A stretch of 64,000 bases of DNA. It comes from Bispira polyomma (taxonomy: Eukaryota). The notes below the pieces were generated by a model. The model searched no databases and had not been told where the DNA came from. It was given only the letters and a program-made list of their open reading frames with translations. Below are positions 35,701-48,900 of this stretch, piece by piece (the first letter of the stretch is position 1; the number at the start of each line of letters is the position of its first letter). The DNA lies in the NCBI GenBank assembly GCA_965649765.1, contig OZ287754.1:51522001-51586000 (forward strand). Direction: 5' to 3'. A program made the translations under genes and the position numbers.

Positions 35701-36925
35701 CGAAACCATTATAAGATCTTCAATGATCTAGTGGAATATCCAAAAAACTCTAAGGATGGAACGCATGAGTGGTTAAAGATTACCATAGACTTCCAGCAGG
35801 CTAACATGATTATAAGTTCACAGCAGCTCTCTAACTGGTTGTGAGCACTGTGTGACTGGCCCTTAAGATGGATCACCGGGACAAACCTGTATAAGAACTT
35901 TGTCTAGTAATTTCCAAAGCATAGAGTAACTGGGGGTTTCCTCGGCCACCTTTGGCTTCTCTGTGTAGACATATATCAAGCGTACCTTTAATATTGTCAC
36001 ATCATCTGAGCCGTATTATTAATGTCCTCAAAGTTCCATTTCCTGGTGCTTCTGTGTTGCACCCATTAGGAAACCATTACATAAGCGCAGCTTCATCTTA
36101 GAGCTACTGATGTATGGACGTTTCTAGTCGTAGGTTGTAGGCCGGTAGTAATTTCCAATTTGACAGACAGGAAGAGAAGTTGCAGTACCCTTCTATTAGC
36201 ACCTTTTTCCACCTTACATCTGCCAATGTGTGAACGGGGCATTAGAAAATCCATCATCAATTAAAATCTAAATCAAAACAGTTAAATTATGACCTCAAGA
36301 AATAGCTGACAATTGCATTGACATGAGTATATTGTATGGAGGTGTTGTCTCCTAAAGAATTATGTCCAGAGCACATTTCAGTATTCCAAACCATTATGTC
36401 TTGGTCACACTGAGTACGTTAGCGTTGCAAATATGAAGTTCCACCATAGATTTCAAATTGTTAATAAGAACCATTTTAAGGCCACTGTATGGGGTATATG
36501 TGCTACAAATTTAATTCCTAAAGTGAGGAAATATCTTGGCAGCACAGCAGTCCTGCTTTAATGGGTTTCACTGTGTCACACCATGTATCAAGATGACACA
36601 GTGCCAACACACTCGCCTCCCACCTCTATGGCCCCGGTTCACATCTTGGCTTGGGCTTTAAGTGAGTATGTTGAAAGCGACGTGTCAATCTTGTGCCTTA
36701 TAATCCATTAAATCACAAGACACCACAGTATCAAAGGTATTTTTAGATGCACTTTAAGTAAAACACCTTGTGACCTCCTTGAACATAGCTAGAAAAAGAA
36801 GCCAGATAAACAGTAAGATAATTAGACTTTAAGCTTCTTGAAGATTTACTTTTCAGATATATGTGTGGAGTTTATATGACCAAATTATCACAACATTCAA
36901 CAGATACATCAATAGGCATTCAATC

Positions 36926-39900
36926 ATGGTGATGCATCATCTTATTTGGGCATTTTTTGTGTACACAGTTGGTAAGTAATAACTATGGTTATAATTTATA
37001 ATTGGAAATACTGTTAAATTTCTATTATCTGAACATGTTGAGAGAATAATTGTTTAAGTATTAGAAGGTTTATAAAATAGAACAGGCATTTCTGTACTAA
37101 ACAATAGGAAAAAAAGAAAATTGGGGGGAGTAGAAAATGAGTTTATGACATAAAATATTTGGATAACAGAAGTTTGGATAAAAGAGGTTCAGTAGATGAC
37201 ATATTTCGACTTACTGACATGTTAAGTAAAAGATTTGCATCACTGTATTAAATTTGATAAAGCAACAGTAGTGGATAATATATATTTATAATTTGTAGAT
37301 TTAATATGATCGTGTCAATGATTTATAAAAATTTAAATAAAAGTTCACCAGAAATAAATTAAAGTTTGTTGCAATAATGGCCAAAAATATTATGTATATT
37401 TCTGTGTGTTTTTGGATGAATATATTATTTACTTTATTAACACTTTTGAACTACACTTCTTGCATTGCCATTGTAGTTCTCACAGTTACAAATCAATCAG
37501 AAGTGAACTAAATAAAACAAATAATCAATAACATTTTTTTAATAAAATTCACTTTGTTAAAATATCACACATTTTACTACAGTTGATTTTATCAGTATTT
37601 CGTATGGAAAGCCAATGGCTTGCACTTATGCTGCACATTTTTCGAGGCATGCACTGAACAAGGATGCAAATCTTATTCTAGTTCAATTACAGTGGAAGGA
37701 TTTACATCTCTTGATTAAAGAGCATCACCTAAGGTGATCAAATACCACTTTCAATTTTAAACGGAACTCTATATACCACAGTTCTTTGGGGTCAAAATGT
37801 GAGGTTGTTTTAGATATTTATATTTATGTAACACAGAAAAAAGATTACGGAAAATGATTTATTAGTGACTAGCTTTAGTAAAAACTACAGGTTCAAATAT
37901 ATACAGTTTTAAGTTAGGGCATAAGGACACATTAACTTGAGTCAAGAGTGAATCTAAGGTTGACATATGGTCACCTTAGCTGGAGTTTAAGAATTGATTT
38001 AAGCTTGTATAACAACCCTGTATAAAAACAAACGACACCAGATCTGTTCACTTTCTCGCTACTAACTCTAGCCTCTCAGACGTGTGATGAGAGCAATGGC
38101 TGGTACCAACTGGAAGGTGACTGTTTCCGTGTGAGTCGTTCAGCGCCTGAGACTCAAATGACATGGTATGAGGCCAGGGAGACTTGTCTAGCAGAGGGTG
38201 GGGACCTGGCCAGTATACACAGTCTAGAAGAGCAGGCCTTTATCCTAACACTGGTAAGAACTACAGTACATAACTCCGAAAGAAACTCAAGCTTAAACTC
38301 AAAATCAACTCAAATATAGTGCTATGTGTGGAAGTCATTGTACATGGAATAAACCTATATTTGTGACCATTCATTTTAATTGAAATTTCAGTGCTGAATT
38401 TAAATATGCAGTCAGATTTTACTCGCGACAGATTCTATATATTCTATCTTACAAAATATTTGAACTAGGGTCTGTACTCAAAACTCAGAATCAACTAAAA
38501 TGGAGGTCATGTGGAAATCTTTGTGAAAGCTTGTGTTTGAGTTGAACTTCATATTTTCACAAATATGGCTACTGGTTCATTGATTATGCAGGTGGTAGCA
38601 ACTCAAATTTACAGTCTCCTTTCAAATGCTCTTCCTATTGAACTGCCTCCATCGGCACCTAGGCTTGTTCGAGGATGACCATTTATCAAGGTACCCAAGG
38701 ATCTTTATTGTGCCACTGGATCATTATGATTTCATCCATAATGATTTTCTGCCTGTATTTGCATTTATTTGTATGAACAGACATATTATTTAGATAGACA
38801 GTTAATAGATAGATATTTAGGTGCAAGAATTTCAAGAGAACCTATTCATTATCGGACCAAAAAGAGTCACTTCTAAAACTGCAAGAGTAAAAGTGACTTG
38901 TAAGTACAGTGGTCTATTCACCTCCCACAGATTACTTCAACATATAAATGGTATAGGAACTTTCATATGAATAGATTGTTGACTTGTGATACCAACTAAC
39001 CACAGTCATTTTTAGGTTGCTATATCTTTGAAGTCGGATTTGTCACTGATTGATTGAGGGCCACAGATATGATATAAAGAAATAGTATATTAATCAGATT
39101 TTAAGTACATGCTTTGTAGCAATAAAATAAGGTACTTGTAATAGTAACTAGATCACTCTGATCAGTTAGTTTATCACATTAGTATTCCATCCTATCTTGA
39201 CATCTTGTCCTTGAATATACTATGATGCTACTAGGCCCTTTTAATTCAATTTAAGTTTTAAAACTACCTTAATAGTAAAACTTATTTCCTTATTAAAATG
39301 AAATAGCTTAGACATGTTACTATTTCCTTTGAATAGACTTTGGAACGAGAAACTCAAAAAGTTTCATCTTCATCTTTATTTGTACACACGGAGCAGCAGG
39401 GTATATTTTGAGATTAGAGTGATCCTAAATTAAGACAATTGATAAAATACAAGTCAAGGGGTGCTTGTAATATCAGTGGCTTTTGTGAATAAGACAATTG
39501 TTAGTTGTTGAATGTTAGTTTTGTCAAATCATTATGACAGGTTTGTTTTTTTTTTAATAATTTTTTATATTGGTATCTATTTGTGTTGAGACATTATGCT
39601 GCTGAACAGTTTGTCATGTTTGCATTTTGGAACTTTAAAGTTTAAATTGGTAGAATTAAATTTCAACTGGCCAGGTCATATTATGATACAAATTCACTGG
39701 TGGTAGAAACCAGTGCTGAACCACTGTGAACCATTAACCAAGGTCAGGTACCTGACCACATGAAGGAATGATTGAGATTCAAATATTGATGACAGGCCAG
39801 TGATAAATAACAGTAGACGCTTCTAAAAATTAAGCCACCAAGCCCCCCCCCCCTCCAAAGTGAGAACCAAACCTGGCCTTTGTACTAGTACACCCAAAAC

Positions 39901-42900
39901 TCTAGTATGTGTTAGTATTAGAAGTATATGGTATGTTAGTATTACTTAATATTTCTCCCCTGAGCTGGTTGTCACAAAATTCTTTTTCTTGAATTTCATT
40001 GGTTGAAAATATTGAAATATTGTTTCAGACCTTCTGATTGGCTAAAATTGTGAAATCTTACCAATTACCTATTAAATGTGGTATCCTAAGTAACGTGATC
40101 TAGAGGAGATCCAGTTATCAACCCAGCAAGATTTGTTTCTGTAAAAAAGTGATATTAGTGAGTTAATCTGGTTCATACCTCGATTAAAATCACCTTGCAA
40201 AAGCTTAACCTAAATACACCCCCCCACCCATATTATTATTATTATTATTATAGATTTTTAACGCGCTTTATTGATGCTAGGCATCTTCTAAAGCGCAACA
40301 GCAGAATCATTAGTCCAATTATTAAGTCCATGGAAATTGCAGAGTTGTAAGGAAGAAAGTGGGAGCGTGCACGAGGAAAGCTAAGGTGGGTAGGCAAGAT
40401 TAAAAAGATAGGTTTTAAGATTTTTCCTAAAACCAATAAGTGTGTCAACTGATCTGAGGTCAACTGGGAGACTGTTCCATAACCGTGGAGCTGCGGTGGA
40501 GAACGCTCTGAAACTCGCCTTTCTGATTGGTCTGACCGAAGTGACAGAGAGTCTCTTGCCTCTCTTGCAGTTACTGAAGGAAAGAAGGGCGGCAAGGTAG
40601 GGTGGCTGTTGAGTGATTATAGCCTTAAAAGTGGTAACGTGAATTTTAAACAAAATTCGAGATTTAATGGGCAACCAGTGTAATTTTTTGAGGTAAGGAG
40701 TGACGTCTGTGCGACAACCCAGGCGAAAAATTACCCTACATAGGTAGTTTTGGATGGACTGGAACTTTTTAATGTTTGACTTATTTGCTTCGTACAAGAG
40801 AGAATTGCAGTAGTCGAGGCGGCTACTTACAAGGGCATTTGCCACAGTTATCGCTGTGTCCATGGACAAGTGGTTTCTGATTCTTTTGATGTCGCGTATG
40901 TGGTAATAGCAGGAGCAAAAGTGACACCCAGATTTTTAGCATTTTCGGAAGGTAGTATGTCTTTTCCCAGCAGGGAGATGGGAAACAAAGATTTTAGGAG
41001 TTCACTGTTTTTCTTGTTTCCTATGAGGATGAATTCTGTTTTGTCAGGGTTAAGCTTTAGTTTGGAGTAGTTCATCCACGCCTGGACATCAGACAGACAG
41101 TCTGCAAGTAGGTCTATGTTAGTATCTGCGTTTTGTGGATTGAGGGAGAAATAGACTTGAGTGTCGTCTGCATACATGTGGTGTTTTATATTGTGTTTAT
41201 TGATGACAGTGCTGAGAGGATGTGTATAAAGGGTGAAAAGTAGAGGACCAAGGACGGATCCCTGGGGTACTCCATATGGAAGTTTTATGGAAGATGATAG
41301 GTGATCATCTAGTTTAATTCTTCATGCTCTGGCATAGTAGTTTACGAGTTTGCCTGATGATTGGTCGGATAACATTCTTGGGCAAGAGCTGAACATACTA
41401 TTGCCACGTGGGTAGAACACATCATCTGTTTATTCGGTTGTTGCACTTTAAAAAATGAAAAAAATATGTTAAATATAGTTTAAAAACACAATAGACAATG
41501 TTAGCACAACAAATAAAACAAGTTAACAGATCAGAGAGACCTACTGGGGCTCATTTACTGCTATATTTTACTACACAGTCACATAAACAGAGGCTTCTTG
41601 AACCAAGACCAACTAGCTACCTAAATTAGCTAGCTTGTGTTAAGATATTTTAATCTATGTACGATTTTATATAATCAAGCCCATTGACTTCTCAAAAGTT
41701 AAAAGTTAAGTTAAATGTCTATGGAAAGAATTTGGCTTTTTTTTACAACCTACCCTGCAAAAATTAAATCATGCCTCACTAGTACAGTTGTTTTTCCTGT
41801 TTACTTTAGGTTATACTGAAACATGTAAACTATGTATTTGATTTGCATATTATTTACAGTTTATGTTGGGAAACAATGAACAAGACAGCTTGTCGTGAAT
41901 ACCAACCAATACTAATTTGTAGGGACAGCCTGGTGCATTTTGTGACAAATTGAAAGATGAGTTTCATGTTTGATTTTTCAGGCTACCAATATAGGGTTGG
42001 TTGGTCCACACCTCTGGATGGGGATGAACCAGCTGAATGAGAGATCCGGCGCTTTCAGGTACAAGCTTGTGATCAAATATAGCTCTTGAAATAAATTTCT
42101 ATTTTACCATATATATGACAACCAAATAATATATATATACGTATAGATTTTAATATTCCTATCTGTTAAACTATATATAGTGAAGTTTTACTTTAGTTTG
42201 TGTTCAACGTCTCTCGTAACACGTCTTGTGTCATATCAAAATGGGTAGTTCAATGGTGGTGGAAATCAGTTATAAGGGAGTTGGTCAAGGTTTTTTCCAA
42301 ATCTCCGATCCTCAACAAATCTAGTGCCAACTTTCCCACGTACACACCCGTGCAGAGATTCAAACCCAAGACTGCAGTTATAACAGGCGGATGTAATATC
42401 ACTACACCAACACCGATGGCTCTGTATTGTATATCTTATAATACATTCAAATTTCTGTGACTGGCCAGGGGTGTTTTCTTTCATTTATTTGCAGTTAAAA
42501 CATTTTACTTGCTGTTTCTTGAGACTTTTTTACTCTTACAAAGTTTTTAGTAAGTGAATATTTATCATGTAGTTGAAATTAGTTTGATTTTACAGCACTT
42601 TTAGCAGCTTAGGTCATATCACGATGGCCAGATTCAGTGGTAGAAGAAGCTAACGACCTTCGCCAAATACATTTACAACAAACTTCTCCACATAAATGAG
42701 CTAATGAGATTTAAATTGAAAACGTAGTTTAGAGATTGTAATGCCCCAGTAATCAGAAGTGCATGCTTCACAATCTCTAGCCTGTCACCAAAATGGGGTT
42801 CGAATCACATTTGTTCCTCTGCGTGTAAATCCGTGCCAGGTTTTTGCTGTAGATTGGTGGTTCACAGTATTTTAGCACTAGTTTTTTCTTGAAGCTAGCC

Positions 42901-45900
42901 ATCGTGATATCACGTCAGATGTTGAAAGGTGACATAAAACCCAAGGAAATACAAACCTATTGCTTTATATTTGTGTTGTACACATAGTTGGGTAGATGGT
43001 TCAGCAACTGCATGGACCAACTGGGCCACTTCACAGCCAACATCAGGTGGTCTAACAATGTGTGCTTACACTGTCACTGAATCAGGTAAGGGACTAATTC
43101 AAACTTTTTTGTATCCTTATATAGTATTTTCTTCTTGGCTACTTGGCTAAAATAAAGCTAATATTTGTTGTTAAGACTGTACATATGCTATAAACCAACG
43201 TTCTGACAGTCTGTAAGTTCTACTAGTCCACTATCACAGAACTACAACCAACACATCAGTAAAGAATCCCACTTTCATGGTTACATTTTAGTCTTAGTAA
43301 TAACAAAGTCAGACTCCTTGACTTTCATCTTTGTGGAATCATTTGTGATAGAAATTTCATATTATTTTACTGTCGGTTTGTACATTTAATTCCCTCCAAA
43401 TGTAGAGTAGGCAAAATGATCAAATTCAGAAAACTGAACAAAATCTACAGTGACAAGTTCCAAGCAGACATTGCAGCCTCCTAGCTACTCAGTAACTCCA
43501 GGACAAATGCCACTAATCTGTGTGATCAGTATAATCTCAGAACAAAATATTCACAGGCATGCCGCTTTTCATAAAAAAAACTGTATCGTCCCACCTAGAC
43601 AGCAGCTGGATCCCCCCGGAAATCACTGATGCTAATAGGTGGAAAAGAATCCTCAAGTGGCATAGTATCTCTGCTGCTAATTTCACTCAAAAAAGGATTA
43701 CAAGCTTTAGAAAAAAGCACATATGTAGTAACTTGATTTTTCGCCTTTATATTGTCTGCTGGTTACGATTGAACCCTGATCACGAACCTTTTCTCTCATT
43801 TGACAATTATTTTGTATGCCGACTGGAATGTACGCCACAAAAGATGCCTGGTGATCACTTGTGGTACCATAGAAGAAAATCATTCCTATTTGTAAGTCCT
43901 CACGCTTGTACTATATTTTGAAACAATTTTGCAGTAAATTTTCATTTCGATTGCTCTAACTCTTTGCCAAAGAGAATATTTTACCATCTAAGTGAGCATG
44001 TTAGTTCAGTTGAATTAAAAATTAAATTTTAAATTACATTGACTTAATATGTTTCTGTGTCTATATTTTTAGGACCTAGTCCATTTGAGTACTATCCTTA
44101 CTACTCAGCCCTCTATGGCATTATGAATCCAGACTATGACTGGCCCACAGATGCCGACAATGTGAATACATTTTACTTTGGACAGAACTATGCCTGGAGC
44201 TACATAGATTGCCAGAACCGTTGTGAAGCAGTGAGTTGAGATAAAATGATACACTAGAACCTCTATTATCCAAACCTATTCAGATAGATTTTGTTTTGAT
44301 AAAATGAAGGTAAAGAAATAAAAGAGTCATGTAAGTATGAAGAACAGGGAAACATAAATTGGGGAGAGTGCAAATGTATGTCTAAAATTAAAAAATTCAG
44401 ACAATAGCAGTTTGGATAATAGAGATTCCAATGTAATAGCAGTTAATTTGACCTACTGTTATATTTTTGAATGGTAAAGGGAGACTGTATCTTCATTTCA
44501 TGCTGTATTTTTACAGTTATATACTATCAATAGTGTTTTATGGTAAATATACTGAGTGATATTTGTTTCTAAGAGATATTTTGATGTATTATCACATAGT
44601 TTCTTTTGTTAATACATTATGACATAATTTACAAACTACTGTCTATCTGGGTCAATTCTAATGATGTCTGTAACCACACTGGGTTGCTCACTTACGTGTT
44701 TAAGTCTTATTACTGTCTGAGTTAGTCCAACGCGATAATAAGTCAGCAATTCTATTGTCCGTGCCTAACACATGTTTATATTGCAAATCAATGTCTGCTA
44801 ATGCTAGTTTGGCTTACAAGTTAAAATAGGCACTGTACCAAATGTACCAAATGTTTTAGAAATGGAAAACAAGTTTTTGCTTAACAGTTAATACTAGATG
44901 CTTTTTAGGCTTACTTTCGCCTAAAGTATATTGTTTGTTTGAGTAAAAGAAACAGGTTAGTGAAATTTAGATGGTAAGCATCCACATACTATAACCAAGG
45001 TGGTCATCGTAGAACATCATTTGGCGACCATTGCAAGGAAGCAAAAATAAGCACTCCATACCAAGCAAAGGTTTTAAAAAAACAAAACACGAGTTTGCAC
45101 TTAATACTAGCAATTTTCAGGCTTACTTTCGCCTAAAGTATATAATTTTAAGGAGTGACAGAAACAGGGTGATGCATATGGCATTGAAATTTAGATGGTA
45201 AGCATCCACATATTAAAACCATTGCAGTACATCATTTGGCGACCATCGCAAGGAAGAAAACTTGTATTGTAGCAAGCCATTTTATGCAAGTAATATATTT
45301 TGTATATATTATGTATAGCACCCTGACTGTGCTGCTGCCACTTTCTGGGACTATCACTACTATTACTACTGGGATCACGTGTGTATGGGGAGGACTGACT
45401 TCTTTAATGCCCTTGGTCCAGACAGCTACGCAAGCAGTGGAATCAGAACCCTTGGGGGTGGTGATGCAGGTGAGTCTCATTAAGGTGTACCATCGCTTTC
45501 AACATAAATCGTGATGTATCACAATGGACAATTGGCTGTTGGAGGACATCAGAACAGAGGAATTGGTCAATGTTTACTGCTCTTTTCTGCAAACCACCGT
45601 CCCTTATGAGCAGGTCTACTGGCAACTTTGCAACATACATGCCAGAGCCAAGAGAACAACAGCAGAGTAGGGAGGAGACCGAGTTTGCTGTCCATCAAAA
45701 ATATTTTGATTTTTATTGATGTATACACGGCCAGGGAGGGCTTGTTTACTATAGCAAATCGTTGTAAATCTGACACAGCACTTTATTATATTCTCTTAAA
45801 CAGGAAATATACAGCAATATTTTCAAATAATGATATTTAATTAATCCAGTACTTTTAGGTGGGCCATAAGTTATAATATTGTGTACAGCTATTTGATTAA

Positions 45901-48900
45901 TCAATATACAACCACAGACTAAATGGACAGATGATCATTTTTTTTGTTATAGGTGCCATTACACATGTAATTTTATTTTTACTATGGTAAACATCTCTGG
46001 CCTTCGCCCTTCGTACATCAGTAAAAATCAAAGCATTGTTAATGACAGAAAACTTGGTTTAAATAGAGAAACTAGTTGTCATGATCTTGACCTAGATACG
46101 GTCAGGTTGAAAAATCATCAAAAACGAGAAAGCGCTGAATTTTATTTCCAAGTTTTATTTTTCAAAACACTTTTGCATTCAGTATATAATGTATATCTTC
46201 TCCACAAGCATGTAATACAAATTGTATTGAGAGATAGGTCAGTTCTCACTCCAGTTAGGATGGCTTCTTTATTGAGGTAGTCAACTTAATAATAAATATT
46301 TCAGGGGCTGTGGAGCAGCTGATAAAAAACAATAGTAACTTTAGGGCTTATAAATCTCTCTGTATTGAGGCCAGAGATAGTCATGTTTATGTTGTTTCTA
46401 GTATTTTGATTGTTTCACTAAACTGTATCTCTCTATTTCATTTGACACACAGTGGGCTGGTGGTACGGTGCTAACTGTGGACTAAACAATGGTGTGGCCT
46501 GTAGAAAAGTCGTAGGGTCAGATGCGCCAATCACCATCCCACCCACTCCTGTGGTGGAGTCTTTCTGTCCTGATGGATACTTCAGTGCAGGTCTGCTTTT
46601 TCATGACTAGATATTTAAGTGCCTTGCAAACCAGGGTCTGTTTGAATATGTTCTAAGCCAATGACATATGTGGCATCAACTACAAACATCTCTGAAATTA
46701 AAAAATTCTCTCGAAAGATTTAATGCAGTGTGAAAGCTACATCCCATTTAGTTTTTTTGTGTTTAGTTGGATTGTATGTAACCAAAACTGGTTTGAAATG
46801 ATTTTTATAGTGTATGTAGGATTATTTCTATACCAATCATTACAGAACATTCCACCATGTATTAAGCCCGCTTTACATATAGGCGACAAAACAACAAAAA
46901 TGTTTTTTTTTATATAACAAACACAATATTTGTAGTACATTCTTGAAAACTATACAGTTTGTTTACAAAAAATCCTCTTTAAATTCAAGCTTTGCCCGAA
47001 GTATTTTTATCAAGATGGATTCTATCTTTATTACGCTATAGAAAATTCATACCTGTAACAGCACTTTTTACTATCTCCTTATATCATTTTCACTTCATTT
47101 TCTGTACTTAAGATTGTTTGGTGCTAATGTTATAATATATCTATTTGTTTTGATATATATGTGTTACAGTCAATCTGTGAAACCAGTCATTACACATAAT
47201 AACCAAAATTTTCAGTCATTTCGCGTAATGCCTAAAACCACTAGTTATTATGCGTAATGACTAAAATATTTAGTCAATTCGGTAATGCCTAAAATTATGG
47301 TCCAGTCATTATGCGTAATGACTGAAACTACATTAAGTAGACAATAATATTATATATCATGATCACATGTTTTTCAAATGCAATTTGTTATGTAAATTTG
47401 AGTATTTTTAATACTTCATCTTCTTGGTAGTAGGTGTTTTCCTTTTCCTTGCCATATTGTATTATTAGTTATAATAAGAAACGAAACAAAATGAATGAAT
47501 ACAAGCTGTTGTTTATTATACAACAATGTTACACACTAACATACAAGATAAAACATATAATTTGATAAAATAAGGATTACACACTGATTTATTACTTTCT
47601 ATCAGCACTAAATATTCAGAATATAAATTTGACCAAAGATAACTTTGGTTAATTCCATTAGTTTCCGATTAGGTGTATGTTTCCATTTTTTGTTTAGAAA
47701 AAATTATTATTGTCATTCAAAGACAAATGTATTAAATATTTGCAAAATTTATGTGTAAGTTGTGGAAATATAGGAAATCCAAATTTTGAAGAATCTTTGT
47801 ACACACATTCATTTGGTATATCAACCCGACTTATAGGCCTTAAGGCTCAGTGTTAGAGATTAATTTGTGTGAAATATTCAACTAAACCTTCACACAGGTA
47901 GCAATACAAATGAATCGATTACAAAGGAAGGTTTATGCTGAATTGCAATTAAAGCAATACCAGTGGACAAGCTTAACTTCATAGTATTCATCAACTACTT
48001 TTATTTTCTTTAAACTTTGCTTCAAAATAACAACAAAAAACATCAAAGAAATGGACTTTTTAAAATATCAAAGAAGTAAACCCATTCCTATTTAAAGGAT
48101 AAATTATAAAATATTTCTAAATTTTATCTTGTCAATCACGCAAGATGAAGCCACACTTGGATACTTATAATGTTTAAAATTATGTTAATTCACATAATAT
48201 CATTCCAACCTGAGATACCTATAATGCATAAATTTGAAATACTTTAATTTTAAACAATACTTCATAGAATGTAAGTAACTGCTGCTGCAAAATAAAGGTA
48301 AGAGGCTTTTTGCATAAAAATAATCTTTATTAAAACATACCGTAACATATCTACCAAAACAAAAGAATATTTAATTTACTTCCTACACCTCATCACAGAA
48401 AACTATTACCAAGATAATTACACAGATTGACTGAACTCTCATAATACTGATTAGGCAATCTGTGTGAAAATGAACCACAAATTTCAGTCATTACGCAAAA
48501 TAATTGGAAATTTTTTGGTCATTACGTGTAATGACTAGTGGTTTCAGGCATTATGCGTAATGACTGGTTTCACAGATTGACTGTAACATATATATATACG
48601 AGCAAAACTATGGGTTTGCGAATATATATACTATATATATTTACACATTTTCTCATTTCTTCCAAGTTGTGATAAAGCACGCCTTCCGACTTTGGTTTCG
48701 ACCACTAGAGGTCGGCATGCTACAGTCTTTTTTTTGTAAACAAGGATGACCTTAAAACATAAGATAAATACCATTTTCAAAATGATGGGTGAGAAGTGGC
48801 TAATAGAGAAGAAATTTCCTTGATTCAAAAAATATATTATTATTACATGAAAGTTTGACAAAATATTACCTTATATGCACATATAGTTGCTTCAATCCAT

